Shown: positions 43,628 through 53,444, counted from the first letter of the stretch. The stretch is 64,000 nt of DNA from an uncultured Methanoregulaceae archaeon (GCA_963705255.1 OY970061.1:2496001-2560000); one strand, 5' to 3'. Numbers and translations are program-made. The notes: generated by a model not told the origin, from the letters alone.

Positions 43628-43655
43628 TTTGCGCAGAATGTCTATTCTGCGCAAA
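43628..43655. other. Putative dif / XerA binding site
   Basis: TTTGCGCAGAA-TGTCTA-TTCTGCGCAAA, a perfect 11-6-11 palindrome 33 bp upstream of the xerA start. Confidence 0.75.
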
Positions 43656-43688
43656 CCTTTATTTATTTGAGATAAGATAGAATAGAGC

Positions 43689-44609
43689 ATGGAAAGCGGG
43701 TATTTTTCGGAGTGGCTCAAAAGCTACCGGAATTACCTCCGTATGCGAAACTACTCGACCCGCACACTTGACAGCTACGAGCAGGTTATCAAGCATTTCG
43801 CATATTACGTCTGGTTGCGTCGGCATACCGAAGTGTCAAAACTGGTGATATACTGGAAAGATTTTGAAAAAGCCAGGCTTGATACCGATGTGGATGTAAC
43901 TCCAGTTATGGTCAATGATTTTCTCTCGTTTGTATCCTCGATGCGGACCTATAAGCCAAAAACATTCCATCGCATCATCTCGACACTCAGTTCGTTCTAC
44001 CGGTTCCTTTATACCCAGGGCGCAGTTACATCAAACCCCCTGACAGGGATTGATCGGCCACGGATTAAACAGCAGGAGATCAAGTACCTGAAACATAACC
44101 AGGTATTACGCCTGATCGAATCAATCGAGGATCCCCGCGATAAACTCATTGTGAGGACCATTTATGCTACGGGAGTACGGGTATCGGAGCTCTGCAATAT
44201 GAATATCGAGGATATTGACTTCGATGAACATACCATCCGTATACGCGGAAAAGGAGACAAGATGCGGATCGTTTTTGTCGATGACGATACCCTGGCAGAG
44301 ATTCTCAAATTCATTGGAAACCGTCTTGCCGGGCCCCTCTTTATCGGGCAACAGGGAAAACATATCTCCTCCCGTGCCATCCAGCATATCTTCAAGCATT
44401 ATGCTCCTTCAGGGATCACTCCCCATAAAATCCGGCACAGCTATGCAAGTGAACTCTATAAACGTTCGAAGAATCTCAGGGTCGTCCAGGAAAACCTGGG
44501 GCATACCTCTATCAAGACTACGGAGATCTATCTGCATACTGATATCGATGAGAGAAGGCAGGTATATCAGCAATATTTCCCTTTGTTCGGTTCGAATGAA
44601 AAGGCATAA
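43689..44609 (+). CDS. xerA: XerA/XerC-type tyrosine recombinase
   Basis: SAM-like N-terminal domain; TGVRVSEL (R), GKGDK (K), HKIRH (HxxR), LGH, TTEIY (Y). Confidence 0.9.
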   Translation: MESGYFSEWLKSYRNYLRMRNYSTRTLDSYEQVIKHFAYYVWLRRHTEVSKLVIYWKDFEKARLDTDVDVTPVMVNDFLSFVSSMRTYKPKTFHRIISTLSSFYRFLYTQGAVTSNPLTGIDRPRIKQQEIKYLKHNQVLRLIESIEDPRDKLIVRTIYATGVRVSELCNMNIEDIDFDEHTIRIRGKGDKMRIVFVDDDTLAEILKFIGNRLAGPLFIGQQGKHISSRAIQHIFKHYAPSGITPHKIRHSYASELYKRSKNLRVVQENLGHTSIKTTEIYLHTDIDERRQVYQQYFPLFGSNEKA

Positions 44610-44685
44610 AAAAGGGTGATCGTGCCGTATTCTGGTGATTTTTCCGAACTGATAATCTGATAGAGATTTTAAGTGATCCTCTTTG

Positions 44686-44880
44686 GGCGCTGTAGAAATC
44701 CTATTATCTTGTGTGATTCGCTTACATTTTTCAACGGTTATGAGAGTGACCCCCTCTCTCACGTCGAAGAACTCTGACGAGTTCTTCTTATTCTCGAGGT
44801 ACTGATGAACCTCTTCGAAAATCGAAGAACCTGCCGGTTTTTCTCCAGCCTGCTCTTCCCTTCGGGAACAGCAGTCTCCC
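44686..44880 (+). other. Hairpin element, copy 2 (homologous to 7195-7333 minus)
   Basis: Shares TTCAACG.TTATGAG.GTGACCCCCTCTCTCA..TCGAAGAACTCT and AGCCTGCTCTTCC.TTCGGGAACAGCAGTCTCCC with copy 1; carries two extra hairpins. Confidence 0.7.
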
Positions 44881-46192
44881 CCACGAGCGTCTATAATGAA
44901 AGCCGATGATTTCGACAGAACCCCGCCCCACTTTGTATAAATTTTAAGCAATCCGCCCCATGGTTTTCTTACCTATAATTGCTCCAATAATATGATAGAT
45001 CCTGTTTTGATCATGTATTGAGAGATTTTGATATTTACGCTATTTCTCGTCGTAGTTTTCCAATTAATTGGTACCAATTATTTTACTATAAACCGTATGA
45101 TGCTATATCTTAAAATTACTTCGGAACTGATGAACCGCTCTTGTATAAGCAGAATGAAAATGCTGTCGATCTAAATTTTTAAAGAATTTTCACTCATTCT
45201 ATTTTACCAGAAAATCATAAGAATTTGATAAAAACATAAGAATTTGAAAAAATCCGGAAATAGCACGTCTCTGACAAGTCCAGAGTGCATTACATCAGTT
45301 TCCAATTAATAAGGAAAAATTCACCGGAGATTCTGTTTTATCAGGATCTCACCTCTATCAGAGAACATCCTTCTCTGATCAAACATAATTATCGATTGAT
45401 AAAATTCAAAATTCCGATATTCCCGTCATAAAAATGGATTTCCAAATATTTGTAATTTCGTTTGTTTCATCGATAGCAATCAAATCCGATTTATCTGAAT
45501 TTTTTCAGATTGCCGGATTGTGGATTATGCATTCCAATAATTCCATTTTTAAGAATTGCTTGAAAAATTGAATAAAATTTCAAATTTTTCTATTTATTCG
45601 AATAAAAATTCTATTATCAAATGTTCAGATTATCAAATTTTCGTCGATACATTTTCGACAATGAAATTATTCCAGATTTCACTAATCTGTAGTGACCAAT
45701 TGGATTTCCAATCTTTTGGAATTAATAATTGTCCACAATAAAAATTTTTATAGAATTAAAATATTCCATTTTTTCCAATCAAACAACGATAATATTACAA
45801 TAAAATTTTTTGGATATCTCAATGTCTCATCTGAAATTTGTATCAAATCCAATGATCCAAAATTATTCTAATTCATCGTCCGGATATAAGGAAATATAAT
45901 CTTTTTAAATTCAGCTTTCACTTTTCAAAACTAAAAAATTCGATTTTTTATTCGAATTTATTGGAGAATACAGATGAATTTTTTGTTAATTCAATTCATT
46001 ACTGTATATCAAGAAATTTCACGATCACTTCCGAAAAATACGTAGCTTTATTTTCATTTGACTACGAGGTAAACTATCAAACCGTCTGAAAATATCACTC
46101 CGGACCTCCTACCGGAACAGGGTCCCCAATTCCAAAATGGATTTGTATGCAACCGCAATACTTTTTTCTTGTTCTGCCGACATATTGGAGCG

Positions 46193-46654
46193 ATGCATAT
46201 GGCAAAGATCCAGAAACGAAAATACGAAAAAACGGATGATGAGGAAATCGGCCTTGTCCTCCAGTGCAATGACAGCCATGAATTTTACGAAAAGTACCGG
46301 GAGATGTTTCCAAACCGGAAAAAAGGCATAGACAGTATCAGCAAGATCTGGAAACGCCGCAGCGAATTTTTAAAAAAGCAGCAGGCAGAAACGCAGTCTT
46401 CCGAATCAATAGATAGATCGGCACATGAATTTGAAAATCTCGTATCAGCACAAAACAAAATACTGGCCGAATTGTCCACAGTGATGAAAGAACAGCTCAA
46501 GGTTAGCAGGGAAATCCTTGCGCGTCTGCCAAAACAGATTCAGAAACCAGAGGAGCATACCCAGAAACCTGTGGAGATACGACAGCCCGAACAAAAAGAA
46601 CACGCAAAGAAACCGGGTACGGAAAGACCCAGTGATATAATGATTGGGTCCTGA
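46193..46654 (+). CDS. Hypothetical protein (basic helical N-terminal domain + coiled coil)
   Basis: ATG preceded by GGAG; charged N-terminal helices, heptad-like LVSAQNKILAELSTVMKEQLKV, low-complexity tail. Confidence 0.7.
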   Translation: MHMAKIQKRKYEKTDDEEIGLVLQCNDSHEFYEKYREMFPNRKKGIDSISKIWKRRSEFLKKQQAETQSSESIDRSAHEFENLVSAQNKILAELSTVMKEQLKVSREILARLPKQIQKPEEHTQKPVEIRQPEQKEHAKKPGTERPSDIMIGS

Positions 46655-46868
46655 TCCCGTATGTGCAGCCGATGAGCGTACAAACCGGAATTAAACAGAA
46701 TACTGTCAAAATATTATTTATTATAAGATACTCTCCGCAAATTCCATTCGTGGACAAATTCGTCTTGAGTTATATGGTGGTGAAAGGTATTCTTATAGTT
46801 ACCAAATGCAAATAAATTATGGCTCCAGGTACAGGAAGAACGCTGGAGTGACAGACTTTTGAACCTGA

Positions 46869-46941
46869 ACCCCCGTAGTGTAGCGGTCAATCATGCAGGA
46901 CTTTGGATCCGGCGACACCAGTTCGAATCTGGTCGGGGGTA
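46869..46941 (+). tRNA. tRNA-Gln (TTG)
   Basis: Acceptor stem ACCCCCG/CGGGGGT, D-arm TAGCGGTCAATCA, anticodon loop CT-TTG-GA, T-loop GTTCGAATC, followed by a T-run. Confidence 0.93.
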
Positions 46942-47265
46942 TTTTTTGTTCCCGATTGTTATCATAGCCATATGTTACTATTCATGCCATCACCATCGGG
47001 AATTCATGACATCTGCTCTTATATTCTGTGAGCGGGGATCCCGGATTGATGACTCTCGAAAATTTTTCTCCTCATAGTGTCCTTTATTGGACCGATGCAA
47101 CTATTTCAACGGCTGGGTAGGGAGATATGAAATATCTGAAACAGAACTATCCTTACCTCTTCATTTTTCCAAGCGGAACACTCTATTCGACGGAAATGTA
47201 TCTCATCTTCTTCCCTGTTTGTAATTCCTGAAGATTCCGGGTAATCTGTATAAAAAAATGCGGGT

Positions 47266-48018
47266 TTATTCCAGGATAGCAAGGAGATTATCACAGCAGG
47301 AACTATCAATGATCCCGGGCGCAGAAAAAACCGGGTCGGTCTGAACCCTTGCCAGTCTCCGCATCTCTTTTTTCGAAAGGCGGAAGCCTTCTTTTTCCCT
47401 CATGGAAGTACGGTCCAGGATTGCATTTCGCAGGGATGTGGCAGCGATGTTGAATGCCGCGTTCACATCTGCATGTGCCACGAACCCGCAGTGCGGGCAT
47501 TCAAAACGCTTGCGCATCCTCCGCCCGAAACTCCCGCAGCGGCTGCAGCGTTTCGATGTATATTCCGGATTGATGTAGATTACCGGAATGCCTCTTTCTT
47601 TCGCCCGTTTCTCAACCTGGCGTTGGAGCGAGAAGAACGATCCATTTTCAAAAGAGAACATGAACGGATCGGAGATATTTTTTTGATTCGAGTAACGTGC
47701 CGAGAAGAGTCTCTCGAATTTTATACCGGAACCGAGCGATTCCGCAAAGGAAACGATCTGTCTGCAGATGGCATGAAGGGCTGACTTGAATCTTTTCCGT
47801 TCGCGACTTTTGAATTTTTTAAGTTTCCAGAGTTTGCCTTCCCTGTAGAATTTCGTACAGTTTTTCAAAGAATGGCTGTGGACATAGTGGATATTTTTCC
47901 CCAGTTTCATTACTTTCCCGCTGTATGGGTCGGCAGCGACGGCCACATGGCCGGTCGTGTTCAAATCAACACCGATCCAGCGGGTCATGAAGAGTGTGGC
48001 TTGATGAAATCTGATCAC
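47266..48018 (-). CDS. tnpB: N-terminally truncated TnpB/Cas12f-like protein (RuvC + Zn ribbon only)
   Basis: WIGVDLN (RuvC-I D), KFERL (RuvC-II E), PEYTSKRCSRCG..CPHCG, HADVNAAFNIA (RuvC-III D). Confidence 0.85.
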   Translation of the reverse strand: MIRFHQATLFMTRWIGVDLNTTGHVAVAADPYSGKVMKLGKNIHYVHSHSLKNCTKFYREGKLWKLKKFKSRERKRFKSALHAICRQIVSFAESLGSGIKFERLFSARYSNQKNISDPFMFSFENGSFFSLQRQVEKRAKERGIPVIYINPEYTSKRCSRCGSFGRRMRKRFECPHCGFVAHADVNAAFNIAATSLRNAILDRTSMREKEGFRLSKKEMRRLARVQTDPVFSAPGIIDSSCCDNLLAILE

Positions 48019-48202
48019 CTTTCCCCTCGTGATAATTCAACCGCTGTACGAAATGCCTGAACTGGTGAGCGCGTCCCGGTGTCTGATCATCCCCTGCTAC
48101 ATGAGAATACACTCCTGACTACGGATATATCTTCTGGTCAAAAAACCCGGATTAAAAAAGGGATGACGAATCGCGCAGATTCTTCTGGAAAACTGGCGGC
48201 AC

Positions 48203-50011
48203 CTATCCCATTACTGCATAGGCGACGAGGGAGAGGAGGAATGCCAGGAGCAGCATGGCGAGCGAAAGGGGGGCAACGAATACCAGCATTGCATTCACCG
48301 TGCTTGCCAGCTGGGAGATCCGGTTGGAACCGAAGACAACGATATGCTCGCAGTGTGCCGTGCTGGCAGCAGATTCCGCAGGTGCAAGATCATCAATCGC
48401 CGCCTGGACCGCCTGCATGACATAGGGAATAAGATCAGAAACAGGGATATGCATACCAACCGGGTTCTTTCCGGTGATGGTGTTCACGACATGGGAATCG
48501 GTGGTCATCACTTCAGCATGATCGACGAGCGTAAGGACTTGTCCAAGGAGGGCTTCCCGTACCCCGGCCGCCATATTGTTCCCGTCAATCAGGACGTATG
48601 CAGTGCACTGTCCTTCCACATCGATGACCATGACCTGGATCCCGAGATCCCCGAACCCCTGCTCCCTGCTGTAGGGCAGGGTCAGGTGGGAAACCCCTGC
48701 GCGGAATGGCAGGAGCGGAGTGGTCCGGCAGACCTCCATGGCATCGACAGATCCACGCTGGTATTCCGTCGCCGTCAGGGTCGCGAGAAGGACGGGGGAC
48801 GAGAGGTCAGTCATGCAGTTATGCGCATCAACCACCGCGACCTGGGGGAACCAGCGGTGTCCTTCCGCCATGATCGTGGACCCGATCGAGAAATCCAGAT
48901 CCTCGGTCTTCAGGGGCGACCGGGTAGTGACGAGAAGGACTGAGTCCCCGAACCTCTGGTAGAGAAGCTGTACCGATCCAATCGAGAGACGGCCCGACTT
49001 TCCTGCCCCGGCAGTATATACGAGATCCCGCCGGGATTTATTGAGTGCATCGATGACCTTGTTGCTCTCGGATTCGGAAACGAGGTTGAAATCATGGGTT
49101 GCGCACCCGTGCGCGACCAGGGTCTCGTCATCAAAACTGTCGTGCAGGATCTTGGGGAGGTTGCCGCCACCGATCTCCCCCATGGGCCCGGGATGCAGGT
49201 TCGGGACCGTGAAGATGAGCGGTTTTCCCTTATCCCTCCGGAAGAAAAAGCTCACCTGGGGCACAAAGATCTCTTCCCCTATTTCACGGAAGAAATCCTC
49301 CATCCCCTTCGAACCATCGGTCATGTGGGCGATGAACGCGTTGACGAATGCAAGCCCCCGGATCTTGAATGCCCTCCGGAGCGGGCGTTCTATCATCCAG
49401 ATCAGGATTGCAAAACCGAGCCCGAAGACGATATGGAGCACCAGGGCAAAGATGCCGAAGTACGGCGAGAAGAGGAGCATGCCGGCAAGAATGCCGACCC
49501 CGCTCTGGGTGAGTGCAGGCAGGATCATCCGTGGGATCCGGTAATCCGCAATAGCGACCAGCACAAACAACCTGAGCCCAAAGATAAAACCCAGGGAGAT
49601 CGCGTAAAAAAGAGGGATCAGTTTCACCGAGATTGCCAGCGCCGCGAGGGTGATAATGACCCCGAAGACCGTGCAGGAAAGCGCCAGAAGCCCGGAACGG
49701 TTCCAGGTCATGGTCTTCCCGCTGGACTCGATCATCGGTTTTGTCAGTGCGAGCGCGGCGATGGCAGGGATCGTGAAGGCGATGGTCCCGGAGAACAGGA
49801 ATTTTTCCGGTAGTGCCAGGTAACTGCTCAGGACCACCGGCAGGGTGAATGCGACATTACCCGAAACGGGGAGGCTCAGCCATGCCCGGGCGTTTGCCCC
49901 GTCGATGATCAGGCCGAGGAGAACGATGAGTACAAGGGACTGCTTCCAGTTCGGGGCAGTGAAAATGTACCGGGTGAGCTGCCCGAGTTTCACATCACTG
50001 CCCTGGGCCAT
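48203..50011 (-). CDS. DUF2070 membrane protein
   Basis: N-terminal TM bundle; HPGPMGEIGG, HGCATHDFN, DAHN, DGNNM, TTDSH. Confidence 0.85.
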   Translation of the reverse strand: MAQGSDVKLGQLTRYIFTAPNWKQSLVLIVLLGLIIDGANARAWLSLPVSGNVAFTLPVVLSSYLALPEKFLFSGTIAFTIPAIAALALTKPMIESSGKTMTWNRSGLLALSCTVFGVIITLAALAISVKLIPLFYAISLGFIFGLRLFVLVAIADYRIPRMILPALTQSGVGILAGMLLFSPYFGIFALVLHIVFGLGFAILIWMIERPLRRAFKIRGLAFVNAFIAHMTDGSKGMEDFFREIGEEIFVPQVSFFFRRDKGKPLIFTVPNLHPGPMGEIGGGNLPKILHDSFDDETLVAHGCATHDFNLVSESESNKVIDALNKSRRDLVYTAGAGKSGRLSIGSVQLLYQRFGDSVLLVTTRSPLKTEDLDFSIGSTIMAEGHRWFPQVAVVDAHNCMTDLSSPVLLATLTATEYQRGSVDAMEVCRTTPLLPFRAGVSHLTLPYSREQGFGDLGIQVMVIDVEGQCTAYVLIDGNNMAAGVREALLGQVLTLVDHAEVMTTDSHVVNTITGKNPVGMHIPVSDLIPYVMQAVQAAIDDLAPAESAASTAHCEHIVVFGSNRISQLASTVNAMLVFVAPLSLAMLLLAFLLSLVAYAVMG

Positions 50012-50669
50012 TATGTAAATCCTCCAAGGACCAGTTCATGGCGGTCGGGTGTCGAATGTATCGCTGCTGTAGAGTATGTTACCGGGCGCGAGTAAAACGG
50101 GGCGTCGAGCGTGATACTCTCATACTCGCCGCCCTCTCCTGCGAGGTTAATACGGCGGGTTGCGGCAACGCGCTTGAGCCGCTGGATCAGGTTCTCATCG
50201 ATGCGGGCTCCAAGATAACTCGCGTCGAGTCCCTCTGCCGCCGTGACGATTATCCTTGCATCCATCCTCACCGCCACTTCCCGCAGCAGGAGTTCAGTAT
50301 CCATGTGCCAGAGCGGGGTGAAGAGCTCCAGACCGAGGCGGTCCGTGATCGCCTTCACACGCTCCGCCTGGTATTCCGAAGCGACAGCACCTGCGATTAC
50401 GCCTTCAATGTCCAGTGAACCGAGCCCCTCTTCGAGGTCGGCAAGCTCTTCTTCCTTTCTGCCCTGCGTTTCTATCTCAACATACTCCATTCCTGAGACC
50501 CGGGCAATGACCGGAACGACATCGAGATTTGCGGAATGGAACATATAGGAATCCCGGTTCTTCGGGCGTGCGGTGACCAGGTACCGCACGTTTTTCCCGC
50601 TTTCAATTGCTTTCTGGCACGACAGGTACCCGAGTCCTTTCCCCCGGAAGTGAGTGCAGCCCAGGTCAT
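50011..50669 (-). CDS. dph6: Diphthine-ammonia ligase; frameshift near 50625-50631
   Basis: SGGKDS PP-loop in the first frame; SYMFH, SEYQ, PLW and GEGGEYES in the second. Confidence 0.88.
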
Positions 50670-51571
50670 GGGAACGGTCTCCTCTGTTCCGGGACGCTTA
50701 TGGTGCCAAAATGCTGCCGGTAGCGTGAAAGCATCGCATCCCAGTCAGGCAGGTGTGTCTGGCAGCCAACATGTTCCACGATATAGGATGCGGTTACCGT
50801 GCCGACCTTACAGCAGGTCAACGGGTCATGACCCTTTACGAATGCTGAAAGGAACCCGGCACGGTATGAGTCGCCGGCACCGGTCGGATCGGAAAGCGTG
50901 ACCGGAACAGCCGGAATGAACTGCTCGTTTCCGCCGGAATAGAGCGTACTTCCGTCCCCGCTCATGGTGAAGATCGCCATATCAACCTGGCCGATGAGTG
51001 CCTCCCTTGTAATCCCCAGCGTTGTGCACATCTGTTTTGCCTCATGCTGGTTGGCAAAGAGGATGTCGGTATATGCTATGATCGATCCGAGCTGCTCCTT
51101 TGTGTACCAGAAGACATCCTGCCCGGGATCGAACGATGTGAACTCGCTTCTCTCCGCAACCCTGCAGTTGAACTCCGGATCCGCCGTTGCCATGTGCACG
51201 AACGGGAGGGACGGGGCTTCCGAGGTTGCGAACGCCCTGGATGCTCCCCATTCAAAGAAGGTCATCTGGTCGCCGTGATCGTCCGTGAACATGAACGCCG
51301 TCGGCGTATGTGCATCGGGGACCGTGAAGAACTGCTGGTGGATCCCGAGCTTGTTCATCCAGTGGTCATAATCCCCACCGGCAAAATCCCCTCCGGTACA
51401 GGAATGCAGGGTCACCTGTTCGCCCAGCATCGCGATCCCTGCCGCAATGTTTGCAGCGCCGCCGCCAAAATAGATCTGCCTGTCGGTAATGTGGGTCGAA
51501 CAGTTCTTTTCCGGGAGGTGGGGCACCCGGGAGATATGATCGATGGCAGTATGCCCGACGATATGGATCAT
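50666..51571 (-). CDS. PfkB-family carbohydrate/nucleoside kinase
   Basis: [19 protein letters not shown]. Confidence 0.9.
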   Translation of the reverse strand: MIHIVGHTAIDHISRVPHLPEKNCSTHITDRQIYFGGGAANIAAGIAMLGEQVTLHSCTGGDFAGGDYDHWMNKLGIHQQFFTVPDAHTPTAFMFTDDHGDQMTFFEWGASRAFATSEAPSLPFVHMATADPEFNCRVAERSEFTSFDPGQDVFWYTKEQLGSIIAYTDILFANQHEAKQMCTTLGITREALIGQVDMAIFTMSGDGSTLYSGGNEQFIPAVPVTLSDPTGAGDSYRAGFLSAFVKGHDPLTCCKVGTVTASYIVEHVGCQTHLPDWDAMLSRYRQHFGTISVPEQRRPFP

Positions 51572-51906
51572 TGTTCCTGCACATCCACAAGTTTGAGGGG
51601 GACATCCCGCAGTGCTTTGCCGATAACCGATTTGGCAATCCGACCGGCATGCTCTTCAGATTCAGCCCGGAACACTTTCATCTCAAGGACAAGACCCACG
51701 AGCGCGGTATCTGCCACCACGATAGCGCTCGAGAGAGTCTCCTCGCAATAAGGACAGGTGAGGAACCCGGCATCGACTTCCACGTACTTTGCGGCCGGGT
51801 TGAGGCGTTTTCCGGCCTCGCTGACAGCAATCCCGATCGCGTCGTCAAGGGACTTGACATCGCGAACGATCCATGCAGACTCCAGGGTCACTACGTAATC
51901 CGGCAT
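51568..51906 (-). CDS. UPF0212/DUF555 protein
   Basis: [29 protein letters not shown]. Confidence 0.85.
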   Translation of the reverse strand: MPDYVVTLESAWIVRDVKSLDDAIGIAVSEAGKRLNPAAKYVEVDAGFLTCPYCEETLSSAIVVADTALVGLVLEMKVFRAESEEHAGRIAKSVIGKALRDVPLKLVDVQEQ

Positions 51907-51916
51907 CTTCTCACCA

Positions 51917-52444
51917 TCACCATGTTTCCCGGTGGACATGCTCCCCGACTTCCATGCGCCCGGTCAGGTGTGCCGGGGGATTGCTCCTCCCTACCGCGAG
52001 CAGAGCGATGGGTCGGATATGCTGCGGGAGATCGAGGACTTCCCGTACTCCGTCATCATCAAAAGCACCCGTCCAGCAGGAGTGGATATCCATCGCATGG
52101 GCTGCAAGCATCATGTAGGTACAGGCAATTGTGGCGTCTTCCAGTGCATAGAGAATCCCCCGTTCGCCATATCTCGACATCGAGCGGACATAGTTGGAGC
52201 AGACCACAAAGATTACCGGGGCCTGCTCCAGGTGCTGCTGCCCGTATGCACCTTCTGCAAGCGCAAGACGTGTGTCCTCCCCGGTGACAACAATGACATC
52301 CCACGCCTCGAGATTGCCGGCACTTGGTGCAGTACTGGCACATTTCAGGATGTACGTGATCTCTTCGTCAGTCAGCGGTCTGCCGTCGTACTCGCGGACC
52401 GATGATCGCCTTGTCAGGAACCCGAGAAAATCAGAGGAGTCCAT
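51917..52444 (-). CDS. Nitroreductase family protein
   Basis: [23 protein letters not shown]. Confidence 0.88.
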   Translation of the reverse strand: MDSSDFLGFLTRRSSVREYDGRPLTDEEITYILKCASTAPSAGNLEAWDVIVVTGEDTRLALAEGAYGQQHLEQAPVIFVVCSNYVRSMSRYGERGILYALEDATIACTYMMLAAHAMDIHSCWTGAFDDDGVREVLDLPQHIRPIALLAVGRSNPPAHLTGRMEVGEHVHRETW

Positions 52445-52796
52445 GTTCCGAGAGTACCTGCCATGCTTCCTGTGCCGGGGTTGTGGACAAGCTGATCGCC
52501 GAAGCAATCTTCTGGGAAGCTTGTTCCGGCTGGTTGCTTTCTGCAAGGGAAATGGCTTCGTTCAGGGAATTGATCGCTTTCTGGAACTCAGGCCTGCCGG
52601 TGCTCTTTGCCGCAAACTGGATCTCATTCCGTATCGACTCCATCATCATGAGAAGCATGCGGCGTCCTCCGGCGCGCTCCTGCTCGGCAAATCCCGTAAG
52701 TGCGAGACAGAGCTGGGATGCAATGATCAGCTCCGACTTTGCCCGTTCTCCGAACTGGTAACTTTTTACTGCGGTTGGAAGATCCATACTCACCAT
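52431..52796 (-). CDS. Conserved helical hypothetical protein
   Basis: 121-aa ORF at the head of the operon, overlapping the nitroreductase start. Confidence 0.65.
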   Translation of the reverse strand: MVSMDLPTAVKSYQFGERAKSELIIASQLCLALTGFAEQERAGGRRMLLMMMESIRNEIQFAAKSTGRPEFQKAINSLNEAISLAESNQPEQASQKIASAISLSTTPAQEAWQVLSEHGLL

Positions 52797-52925
52797 AGTT
52801 GTTGGGATAAAAGATAGTTATCCCTGACGCATTATTTCTGAAAAACAAAACACACCGCAGTGTGAAAAACTAAAGAGGTTCATTGAACCTCTCAACCCAT
52901 CACGGGCCCGGACGCGTTTTGGTAC

Positions 52926-53252
52926 TTACCGCGATGACTTCGCTTTGGCGCCGAGCGCCGAGACTTTTGCGCGGCGCATGCGGCGGCGGATCATCGGGTT
53001 TGCTGTCGATTCGTTCATACCGGATCCTCCCGAGCGGTCTCCGCCACGCCTGCCCCCGCCACGACGCCCGCCGCGTCCACCGCGTCCGCCCATCGCTTCT
53101 GCGGCCTGGTCAATCTGCTTGACATTTGCACCGGCTTTGAACCGCTGGTTGGGACCGGGGGTCTTCGCCTCTCCTTCTTTTTTGGGGACGAGACGGATCT
53201 GTCCTTTGACACCTTTTACCTGCGCCCAGAGGGTTGTACCTGTTTTGCCCAT
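52926..53252 (-). CDS. Small basic protein (DUF5350-like) with RGG-rich insertion
   Basis: MGKTGT..WAQVKGVKGQIRLVP, GPNQRFK, then GGRGGRGGRRGGGRRGG. Confidence 0.75.
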   Translation of the reverse strand: MGKTGTTLWAQVKGVKGQIRLVPKKEGEAKTPGPNQRFKAGANVKQIDQAAEAMGGRGGRGGRRGGGRRGGDRSGGSGMNESTANPMIRRRMRRAKVSALGAKAKSSR

Positions 53253-53444
53253 AATGAAACTCCTTATCTAATTCTGCCGCCCCACTCATAAATGTTAGGG
53301 AGGGTTCCCACGGTATCTCTTGTGGAGTACGGGAAACAACACCTCGGTGAACAACACCAGCCTTGGGTTCTTTCATTTCGAGACATCGCAGGAGATGATG
53401 TCGATCAGGAGGCATGGAACCCCCCACTCAGTTTCCCGTTGGCT

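Noticed and set aside
43689-46941. Integrative element with xerA as integrase inserted at tRNA-Gln
   Set aside because: No duplicated tRNA 3' end was seen, there are no phage or plasmid genes, and the protein looks like chromosomal XerA with its own dif-like site.
47000-48200. Intact IS200/IS605 element with omega-RNA
   Set aside because: No tnpA, no recognisable subterminal hairpins, and TnpB lacks its N-terminal lobe.
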